Part shown: positions 57,018 to 64,000 of the stretch, in pieces | How positions within the stretch are numbered: position 1 is the stretch's first letter | Layout: each line of letters opens with the position of its first letter | Origin: a virus | Taxonomy: Duplodnaviria > Caudoviricetes | Strand: one strand, 5' to 3' | Virus record (IMG/VR): IMGVR_UViG_3300020049_016424 | Coordinates: 1 to 64,000 of that record | DNA length: 64,000 nucleotides | Position numbers and translations under genes: made by a program | Notes under the pieces: model-generated | What the model saw: the letters and a program-made list of their open reading frames with translations, nothing else | What the model was told of the DNA's origin: nothing | The model's database searches: none

Positions 57018-57625
57018 TGCCGATCTCAATCCAGCAATCCGACTCGTTCGCGAAGTCCTGGTCTCCCGAGATCACGGCGTCGCCCACCGGCATTTCGCTC
57101 GCCGCTCTACCGGTCCGCTTCGGCGCCGACGAGTACACGGTCCCGGCCGTCACCGTCCCGTGCGTCTACGACGGCGAGCCGACGACGTATCGACTCGCGC
57201 TCTGCAAGCACGCGAGCGGTCCTGCCCTCGTACTCGTCGAGGACGACGCGGTCCCGAGCGGCTACGAGCAGATCGTCTACCTCGCCCGCTGGCGACTCGC
57301 ATCGGCGAGCGACACGTGCGCAACGGTGACGATCGAGGTGCCGCACCGCACGCTCGTTCCGCGAATGGACGACGACGGACAGCCTATTCCGCTCCCGCCT
57401 CCGACCGTGCACGCGGTCTCGGCGACGGTCGCGTTGCCGGCGCAGACGGCGGGACGGACGAGGGAGCGGAAGCTCCGCCAGCGCATCCGCACGCTCCGAC
57501 AGCAAGCGCGCGACATGAAGCAGGCCGGGAAGACCTACGCCGCGATGTCCCCCGAGGAACGTCTCGTCATCGGCGAACTCGTCGCGCTCGATCCCACCGG
57601 GGAAGTCCCGATGGAGATTCCGTGA
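57017..57625 (+). CDS. possible tail fibre assembly protein
   Basis: TGATG-coupled directly after the fibre gene. Confidence 0.45.
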   Translation: MPISIQQSDSFAKSWSPEITASPTGISLAALPVRFGADEYTVPAVTVPCVYDGEPTTYRLALCKHASGPALVLVEDDAVPSGYEQIVYLARWRLASASDTCATVTIEVPHRTLVPRMDDDGQPIPLPPPTVHAVSATVALPAQTAGRTRERKLRQRIRTLRQQARDMKQAGKTYAAMSPEERLVIGELVALDPTGEVPMEIP

Positions 57626-57735
57626 CCTACGCCGACGGCATCACACACGGCATGGCGCTCGGAGTCGTCGCGGTCCTCGTCACCGCGGCGATCGCGGCGT
57701 TGCTCGCGCGGGTGTTTTTCGGAGGTGAGCGGTGA
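57622..57735 (+). CDS. 37-aa single-TM protein
   Basis: MTYADGITHGMALGVVAVLVTAAIAALLARVFFGGER; GTGA coupling at both ends. Confidence 0.55.
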   Translation: MTYADGITHGMALGVVAVLVTAAIAALLARVFFGGER

Positions 57736-58058
57736 TCGAGACCATCGGCACCATCCTCGGCGGCGGCGTGCAAGCGATTTCGGGTAGCACCACAGTCGGC
57801 GCGAACGTGACGTTCTGCCGCGTCACCGCGAACGCGAACATCACCTTGCCCGCACCCACCGAAGGTCGCCGCGTGCTCTTCAAGAAGGCCACTGTGTTGC
57901 TCTTGCCGAGCGTCGTACTGGTGCGTGCTGGAGGCGAGAACATCGAGAACGCCGCGAGCAACTATGCGGTGACCGTGTTCAACACCGCAAACCTCTGCGC
58001 GCTCCAGATGCGCGCTGACGGCACGAACTGGTGGATCGAGAGCCTCTCCCTCGCGTGA
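57732..58058 (+). CDS. stand-alone fibre knob-like domain
   Basis: NITLPAPTEGRRVLFKK...GENIE...DGTNWWI resembles modules in the fibres. Confidence 0.6.
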   Translation: MIETIGTILGGGVQAISGSTTVGANVTFCRVTANANITLPAPTEGRRVLFKKATVLLLPSVVLVRAGGENIENAASNYAVTVFNTANLCALQMRADGTNWWIESLSLA

Positions 58059-58202
58059 GGTGCTACACCTCAGGATGCCCTACGACATCGACTACTGCTT
58101 CGTGTGCCCCATGCTCGTGCTCTCGGCGTCTCTCGTGACGCTAGCCTTCTCAAAGTCGCGGCCTCGAAGCTAAGAAAATCGGTTGCCCGAGATTCTTTCC
58201 GC

Positions 58203-58679
58203 TCACGCGGGGGTCACTGCGAAGTCCTGGAGCATGGGCTCGAGGACGTGCTTGATGTATTCCTGCGCGTTCGCCTGCATCCCGGCCTCGTCGGCGCCCG
58301 AGAAGACCGCGGCCATCAGCCCGCAGCCTGCACTCATTCCGAGCAGGCCCGTGTGGACGCGCGCATAGTCGCTCTTGCGAAACGTCTGTGCGAGGAGCTC
58401 GAACGCGGGCGCCATCTCGGCATAGGCTTCGCCGACCGCGTGCATTTCGTCCTCGATGTCGAGGAAGAAGAGCGCGCGGAGCTCGGGAGTCGCGGTGCCG
58501 AGACGGAGCGCCCAGCGCTCGGTCCACCCGCGCTTGGCGAGCGCGGCTTTGGCAGCACGCTGGTATGCGGCCCACGCGGCGTAGAGCACCGGGGTCTGCA
58601 GCGCGAGCAACGCGATCGCGTGCGCGCGGAGTTCACGATTCACAGACGCGAGAGTGGTGGCAGTCGGAGTGTTGTACAT
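58203..58679 (-). CDS. hypothetical helical protein (island 2)
   Basis: MYNTPTAT...; leader resembles that of the 11928 gene. Confidence 0.65.
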   Translation of the reverse strand: MYNTPTATTLASVNRELRAHAIALLALQTPVLYAAWAAYQRAAKAALAKRGWTERWALRLGTATPELRALFFLDIEDEMHAVGEAYAEMAPAFELLAQTFRKSDYARVHTGLLGMSAGCGLMAAVFSGADEAGMQANAQEYIKHVLEPMLQDFAVTPA

Positions 58680-58705
58680 GGTGAAGTCTTTCTGTTGGGG
58701 ATACA

Positions 58706-58736
58706 TTCTTTTACCCTCACGGGAGGGGTTTTTCGG
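58706..58736 (-). promoter_or_regulatory. bipartite phage promoter-like motif
   Basis: CCGAAAA-N14-GGTAAAAGAA. Confidence 0.75.
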
Positions 58737-58762
58737 AAGACACCCCGTGCTACGCTCTGCCC

Positions 58763-59308
58763 ATGCCGCAGCTGCCGCAACCCCTCATCGACACCGCATT
58801 CCACATGCGCGGAGACCTTCGGATTCTTCGCCGAGACGCGCAGACGCTCGAGCTCCTCGACCTCTGGGAGAAGAAGAACGTCATCACCTTCGGTGCGGGC
58901 TTCAACGTCATGAAGCTCCTCGCTCCGAACCTCGCGTTCGGCGCGAGTGTCCAGGCGGAGAGCCAGATCTTGTCGATGCGGTTCGGCACCAGCAACGTCG
59001 TGCCGCAACGTTCCGACACCGATCTCGCCTCCGAAGCGACGGTCCTCGGCGTACCCATCCGCATCGCACTACCCGACGCGAACCGCATCGTGAATCCCTC
59101 GGGCACCGTCGAGTTCGTCGCGGTGCTCGACAGCGCCACAGGCAACGGCGTTACCTACCGTGAGGCGGGGCTGTTCACCCGCGGCACCTCGGCCGACCCG
59201 CTCGTGACGACAGGCAGTACGATGTTCTCGCGGCAGGTGTACCCCGACCAGCCCAAGACGTCGGCCGTCGAGCTCGAGTTCCGTTGGCGCCTGACCATGA
59301 CGACCTGA
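58763..59308 (+). CDS. tail-collar fibre-like / baseplate fibre-attachment protein
   Basis: KNVIT.G...FGTS...DTDL..E...REAGLF...MFSR...KTS...EFRW pattern. Confidence 0.65.
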   Translation: MPQLPQPLIDTAFHMRGDLRILRRDAQTLELLDLWEKKNVITFGAGFNVMKLLAPNLAFGASVQAESQILSMRFGTSNVVPQRSDTDLASEATVLGVPIRIALPDANRIVNPSGTVEFVAVLDSATGNGVTYREAGLFTRGTSADPLVTTGSTMFSRQVYPDQPKTSAVELEFRWRLTMTT

Positions 59309-59325
59309 TTTCTGCGAGAGAGACC

Positions 59326-59523
59326 ATGCACCACAAACGGGGCCGGGCGAAGAATCAGCGGGCCGGATGCTTGTTCTGCAAGCCGCACAAGGCCAACGGC
59401 TGCTCGCGCTGCACCCGGCAAGAGCTCCGCGCAGAGGACCCGGGCGCCGCGCTCGAGCAGCACTACACCGACCTCGACGACGATCTTTTCGAGCGATACG
59501 AACGCGACACGCCTCTGAGCTAA
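59326..59523 (+). CDS. small basic Cys/His protein
   Basis: MHHKRGRAKNQRAGCLFCKPHK. Confidence 0.55.
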   Translation: MHHKRGRAKNQRAGCLFCKPHKANGCSRCTRQELRAEDPGAALEQHYTDLDDDLFERYERDTPLS

Positions 59524-59542
59524 AAACGCGGGGTCTCCGCGT
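59522..59542 (-). terminator. intrinsic terminator
   Basis: ACGCGG-agacc-CCGCGT-TTTT after the stop at 59549. Confidence 0.65.
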
Positions 59543-59548
59543 CCTCGC

Positions 59549-60079
59549 TCACCGTCGCGGTGACGGCTTCTTCTTGAGCGCCTTTCTGGCGGCGGCCTTC
59601 TTCTTCGCGGCCTTTGATTCGTGCGCCACGTGCGCTGCGATCTCGTGCTGGATGAGCTTCCCGATCTCTGCTTGGCGCAGAAGAAACGCGTCCTCCACCG
59701 CAGTGTGGATGTTCTTGGTGATGAGTTGATGCATGGCCGCGTGGATCGCGTGCTGGATTCCGCCGTGCCGGTCCTTCGACGCCACCGCGCGTTGCACTTC
59801 GGCCTGCGCCCGCGCTGAGATCTGCGCCTGGATATCCGGAACCAACAGCGCCGCAGCGATGGCAGTCGTGGCGAGTTCCTTCAGCTCGGGGATGTGGTAG
59901 TAGTCGACCTTGGCGCGCTCTGCGATGACGCCCACGAGTGCCCGGTCCAGGAGCTCGAGCTCCGTCGCCGGAAGCGTTCGCGCCGCGTAGCCCTTCAGCC
60001 TCTCGACGAGGAGCTTCTGGTTGAGGTCGATGACTTCCTGGGGCGCGTAGTGCAGTTGGGTGAACGGGTTCGGGTACAT
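59549..60079 (-). CDS. hypothetical protein with a Lys/Ala-rich tail (island 3)
   Basis: AGGAGA RBS; SKAAKKKAAARKALKKK. Confidence 0.7.
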   Translation of the reverse strand: MYPNPFTQLHYAPQEVIDLNQKLLVERLKGYAARTLPATELELLDRALVGVIAERAKVDYYHIPELKELATTAIAAALLVPDIQAQISARAQAEVQRAVASKDRHGGIQHAIHAAMHQLITKNIHTAVEDAFLLRQAEIGKLIQHEIAAHVAHESKAAKKKAAARKALKKKPSPRR

Positions 60080-60109
60080 GGGTATCTCCTGGCTGATAGG
60101 GGGTGCACC

Positions 60110-60140
60110 TTCTTTTACCCGCTACGCAGCCCGTTTTCGG
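60110..60140 (-). promoter_or_regulatory. bipartite phage promoter-like motif
   Basis: CCGAAAA-N14-GGTAAAAGAA. Confidence 0.75.
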
Positions 60141-60200
60141 GTCCGACCCTGCGCATGCAACCCTCTCCCCTCGCAGCCCTCGGTCTGCTAGTATCGCCCT

Positions 60201-63200
60201 ATGTCTCTGCCCCAGAAGACCTACGTCGATTACAAGCAAGCTGGTTTCGGAGATCTCGGCACGGACGACTCTGCGTCGGTCCAGCCCATCCTCGACGGGC
60301 AGCCTCTCAACGGAGCCAACCTCTCGCGCGGCGGAGAGAATCTTCGAGGGCGCACGGAGATCGCACGCGATCTGACCGAGGACCTGCTCTACTACCGCGA
60401 CCACCAGCAGTACGTGCTGGGCACCGCAGGCACCCTGGCCTGGGGCGGCACGGCCGCGCTAGGAGGCACGGGCGTCGTCAACAACACCGCCACGCTGACG
60501 ATCACGCCGCTCGCAACCCCGTTCGCCAACCGCAAGGGGTTCTTGCGCATCGGCACCGCGGCGAGCAACGCGCTCACGTATACGGTGCAGGCCACGGCCT
60601 ATGGCTCGGACGGCCTGAACGCGGTGTTCGTCGAGCATCGCAACACCGGAGCTGTATCGCCGTCGTGTGTGATCACGGCGGGGCCGGTTTACCGCATCGT
60701 CGTCCTCTTCGACGCCGGCAACAGCGCCCATGACGCGCCCACCATCGCGCCGCTCGTTCAGGCGCAGCTTGCGGGCGTACCTGCGTTGTCCGGCAAGGTC
60801 GTCTGCGCGAGCAATGGCTCCGCCAGCAACGTCATCGCGGCGCAGGCCGAAATCGCGATCAGCGCACGCACGCATCCGGCGGGCACTGCAGGCAACGGCA
60901 CCCTCGACGTCGAACAGCACACGCTCGCCGCGGGCGCGCTCGGCACGTTCACCGCGTCGAACACGCTCGTCGAGGGCGCGGTCGTGGCCATCCGCTACGA
61001 CTACGTCGTCGAACCGCTCGGCGGAGACCCCGACGACCCGAAGGCGGGCGCCGCGGGTGGCCGTGCAGAGAGCATCCTCGGCCGCGGCAACACCGACGTC
61101 TCGGCGAACCTCTTCCTGCTCGACGCGTTTCCGCAGTTCGCGCCCGGCGCGATCCCGCTGTGCAAGGTCGTCAACAACGTCTTGCGCTGGATCGACGGCA
61201 CGTCGATCGAAGTGGGCACGTCCGTCGCTCCTGGCAGCGCGCTCGGCACCACCATCTCTGCGGCCGGCTTCGCAGGTCCCCCGACGCTGGTCGTCGGTGG
61301 CGGCCTGCTCACGACCGACACGACGCCCAACGCAGCGCTTCTGACGACCAACACACGCCTGGGGCAGCTCCGGCGCGAGACCTGGACAGTCACGGACGGC
61401 ACGAACTCGACCGGCGGCCACTACACCAGCGTCACGGGCGTCACGAGTGCTTCCGCGTCGGCAGCTGCGAATGGCGGTGAGATCTACATCCGCGCGGGTG
61501 CGTACACTACGCTCGCGGCCGGCGGCCCGTATGGCTGCACGCTCATCGGCGAGAGCCAGAACCGTGTGGCTTTCACGCTGCCCGCCAGCGCGACCGTCGG
61601 AGGTTCGAACTGGGAGCTCCACAACGCGTCCGTGGATCGGGGCGCCGACTACCTGCTGGTGCTCGGGCTTAGGCGCATGTCGAACGTCACGGTCTCCGCG
61701 GGTACCTTGCGAGTCGCAGGGACGCTCACCGCGTCTGAGCTCACCGCATGCACGGTGTCGACGTCAGGCACCGCCAGCACGCAGACCTACGGCGTGAGCT
61801 TCTCTGTGCCTCGCGTCACCGCGCGCGACTGCGCGTTCAACGGCCCGGCTGCGGGCACCGTAGGCGGCAGCGTCGTGCAGCTCGAGGACAACGTGCAGCA
61901 CGCTCTCTTCGAGAACTGCTCGTTCGCGTCCGTGGGGTCCGCGACGCCGGTGTCTCTCGTCAACAGCGGCGTCGCGTTCACCTCTCCGCGGGTCATCAAG
62001 TTCGTCAACTGCATCTTCACGAACACCGCAGCCGCGTACACGTTCGACATCGGCGCGACGACCAGCACCGTGCCCGTCTCCATCCTCTTCGAGAACTGCA
62101 CGTTCACGAACTCGACGAATGGTCAGATCATCCGCACGGCGCAAGCCGCGCTGGTGCGTGTCGCGTTCACCGACTGCGTCTTCCGTCAGAACAACACCAG
62201 CACCGCAGACGTCACGCGCGTTCGTGCTACCCCGATCGCAGGCGGCGAGACGGTGTTCACGCGCTGCCGCACGTACGTCGCGCAGACGACCAGCACGGGT
62301 TCGCCTGCCAACGCGATCATCGAGCTCGGCGGCACCGGTGGCACGGGCGCTGCGGGGCGCGTGTCCGCATACGGCTTCGACGTGGTCTACGAGGGCACGG
62401 CGAGCGCGCTGATGGCGGGCGACAACGTGCGGCTGTACCAGTCGACGACCGCAACCGTGGAAAACTACTTCACGGACGTCGATGTGAACTGCGGCGGACT
62501 CACGATCACGGCGACAGGCGGACACATCGTACGTTCGACGAGCACGGGCTCGCTTGCGCCGCTCGCGATGGGACGTCTCCAGGTGCACAACACCCCGGCG
62601 GCGGGCACGGGCGGCGTCGTGCGCCTCGAGTACACGCACCTCGGGCGTCTCGACATCCAGGCCAGCAACACGGCGAGCCAGTACACCACTTCTGCCATCC
62701 AGGTGGATAACTCCCGCGTTCTCAGCGGCGCGGTTCCGTTCCTGCGCAGTAGCCAGGGCATCGGGGGCTTCTTGTCGATTACAGGAAGCCCGACTGCGCG
62801 CGGGTACGTATCGAATCTCCACGTCAACGGAACGCCGAGCACCGCAGCCGTGACGTACTCGGTGTTCTTGTCTCAGGCGACGATGGCCAACTGCGATCTC
62901 AGCACCTCGAACACCACATCGCCGAGCGTCATCGAGATCCAGGTGAACAGCGTGTTGTCCGCGAACACGCTGCGGTACCAGCACACGGGCGCTACCGTGA
63001 TTCAGCTGACCACCGGCAGCGCGATGGGCTGCCGCATCGTAGACAACCAGATCCTCTTCAACAACGCGACGGGCACGGCGGCCATCAGCGTCACCTCGGA
63101 GGCCACATTCACTGGCGGCGTCGTCGTCGGCAACACCGTTGCGAACGCGAACGCAACCGTGCCGTCTCTCGCAGCGCCACCGGCGACGTCGGTCGTCGCC

Positions 63201-63233
63201 AACAACGCCTTCATCGGCGGCTACTCCTTCTGA
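60201..63233 (+). CDS. tailspike-like protein with a right-handed beta-helix
   Basis: GGEIYIRAGAY, repeated FENCSF/FVNCIF/FENCTF/FTDCVF. Confidence 0.75.
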   Translation: MSLPQKTYVDYKQAGFGDLGTDDSASVQPILDGQPLNGANLSRGGENLRGRTEIARDLTEDLLYYRDHQQYVLGTAGTLAWGGTAALGGTGVVNNTATLTITPLATPFANRKGFLRIGTAASNALTYTVQATAYGSDGLNAVFVEHRNTGAVSPSCVITAGPVYRIVVLFDAGNSAHDAPTIAPLVQAQLAGVPALSGKVVCASNGSASNVIAAQAEIAISARTHPAGTAGNGTLDVEQHTLAAGALGTFTASNTLVEGAVVAIRYDYVVEPLGGDPDDPKAGAAGGRAESILGRGNTDVSANLFLLDAFPQFAPGAIPLCKVVNNVLRWIDGTSIEVGTSVAPGSALGTTISAAGFAGPPTLVVGGGLLTTDTTPNAALLTTNTRLGQLRRETWTVTDGTNSTGGHYTSVTGVTSASASAAANGGEIYIRAGAYTTLAAGGPYGCTLIGESQNRVAFTLPASATVGGSNWELHNASVDRGADYLLVLGLRRMSNVTVSAGTLRVAGTLTASELTACTVSTSGTASTQTYGVSFSVPRVTARDCAFNGPAAGTVGGSVVQLEDNVQHALFENCSFASVGSATPVSLVNSGVAFTSPRVIKFVNCIFTNTAAAYTFDIGATTSTVPVSILFENCTFTNSTNGQIIRTAQAALVRVAFTDCVFRQNNTSTADVTRVRATPIAGGETVFTRCRTYVAQTTSTGSPANAIIELGGTGGTGAAGRVSAYGFDVVYEGTASALMAGDNVRLYQSTTATVENYFTDVDVNCGGLTITATGGHIVRSTSTGSLAPLAMGRLQVHNTPAAGTGGVVRLEYTHLGRLDIQASNTASQYTTSAIQVDNSRVLSGAVPFLRSSQGIGGFLSITGSPTARGYVSNLHVNGTPSTAAVTYSVFLSQATMANCDLSTSNTTSPSVIEIQVNSVLSANTLRYQHTGATVIQLTTGSAMGCRIVDNQILFNNATGTAAISVTSEATFTGGVVVGNTVANANATVPSLAAPPATSVVANNAFIGGYSF

Positions 63234-63239
63234 GGTCCC

Positions 63240-63635
63240 ATGTCCTGGATCCGCGTCAAAGCCTGGCTCAAGCACTGGTGGAAGGCCCTCGCCGGCGCGG
63301 GTACCGCGCTCGCGGGCATCGCGCTCTTCCTCGTGCTGCGGCCGCGCACGCGGCCTCCGACATACAACGACCCGCTCGAGCTCAAGCAGAAAGAGCTCCG
63401 GGAAGCTGAAGCGCTCGGCGCCGCGAAGGCCGAGGTCGAGCGCATCTCCGCCGAGATCGAGGAGATCGAAGCGCGGCGCACGGCCATCACCGATCGACAG
63501 GTTGGCCGGATTCAAAAGATCGACGCCGCGGAGAGCCTCGACGATCTCGCGAGGTTGCGCGACGAACAGAACGCCGCGCTTCGCGAGGCACAGAACGATG
63601 TGCCGCACGCGACATCGAAGAAAGAAGGCCCATGA
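63240..63635 (+). CDS. membrane-anchored coiled-coil protein (i-spanin-like)
   Basis: N-terminal TM segment followed by a long coiled coil. Confidence 0.45.
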   Translation: MSWIRVKAWLKHWWKALAGAGTALAGIALFLVLRPRTRPPTYNDPLELKQKELREAEALGAAKAEVERISAEIEEIEARRTAITDRQVGRIQKIDAAESLDDLARLRDEQNAALREAQNDVPHATSKKEGP

Positions 63636-64000
63636 TGCGCCGTCTCCTTCTCTCCTTCCGCGCGCTGCGCTCCTTCCGCGCGCTGCGCTCCTTCCGCGCG
63701 CTGCTCTCCTTCCGCGCGCTGCTCTCCTTCCGCGCTCTTCCCGCGCTCCTGCTGTCCTGTTTGCTCGCCTGCCTGCTCCTCTTCCCGTGCATCGCCGGCG
63801 CGCAGGACCTGTCGTTTCCGACGTGGACGACCTGCGCGCCTGACACCGCGTGCTTCACGACGGCGCAGACCCGGCAGCTCGTGCGCATCCATGCAGAAGC
63901 CCTTCGAAGCACTGAGATCCAGGCGCTGTACGACGAGCTCCGGACGCAGCACGCTGCCTTCGAGGCCGCGCAGCTCGAGGTCCAGCACCGGCTCGAGAAC
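63632..64000 (+). CDS. secreted protein, partial (runs off the window edge)
   Basis: ATGA-coupled; MMRRLLL(SFRALx)5...LLLFPCIAGA-QDL; no stop before the window end. Confidence 0.6.
   Translation, partial: MMRRLLLSFRALRSFRALRSFRALLSFRALLSFRALPALLLSCLLACLLLFPCIAGAQDLSFPTWTTCAPDTACFTTAQTRQLVRIHAEALRSTEIQALYDELRTQHAAFEAAQLEVQHRLEN
63650..63739 (+). repeat. 18-bp tandem repeat x5
   Basis: c(g/t)ctccttccgcgcgctg, last copy degenerate. Confidence 0.9.

Larger units (their letters stand above)
1..64000. mobile_element. Segment of a large tailed bacteriophage genome or prophage, probably contractile-tailed
   Basis: Dense small-ORF array, phage-type nucleotide metabolism genes, tape measure, gp25-like and J-like baseplate proteins and tail fibres; no cellular housekeeping genes. 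Confidence 0.92.

Noticed and set aside
58075-58173. 32-aa ORF MPYDIDYCFVCPMLVL...
   Set aside because: Too short, with only an imperfect -10 and no other support
21360-63988. Long minus-strand ORFs over structural genes (e.g. 38871-40736, 40806-42863, 61764-63608)
   Set aside because: Antisense shadows of the coding frame; only the three islands with promoter motifs were kept

Overview
The whole window looks like part of a large, high-GC tailed-phage genome (or prophage) with a contractile tail. No host housekeeping genes, rRNA, tRNA, CRISPR array, integrase or transposase were recognised. Bases 1-20029 are a tightly packed minus-strand array of about 45 mostly small genes, many coupled by ATGA/GTGA overlaps. 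It includes DUF551-like, ASCH-like and several Zn-finger proteins, a DEDDh exonuclease, a dNMP kinase, a transglutaminase-like protease, a sigma-70-family factor, a DinG-like helicase and a secreted SleB-like protein. From 20172 a plus-strand tail/baseplate module follows. It contains a chaperone pair with a likely -1 frameshift, a tape measure, a 2818-aa repetitive fibre coupled to a glycosyltransferase, lectin-like proteins, a hub protein with an M23 insertion, a second sigma factor, a degenerate amidase, gp25-like and J-like baseplate proteins, two more fibres/spikes and possible lysis genes. Three minus-strand islands interrupt this module. The most notable non-coding observations are: (1) a ~440-nt gene-free, heavily base-paired element at ~11002-11436 made of two tandem homologous domains, a candidate novel ncRNA; (2) a six-copy bipartite motif CCGAAAA-N14-GGTAAAAGA upstream of minus-strand genes, including all three islands; (3) a TAnnnT hexamer 6-7 nt upstream of most structural start codons, suggesting leaderless mRNAs. 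All functional calls come from motif recognition by eye; no database searches were run.
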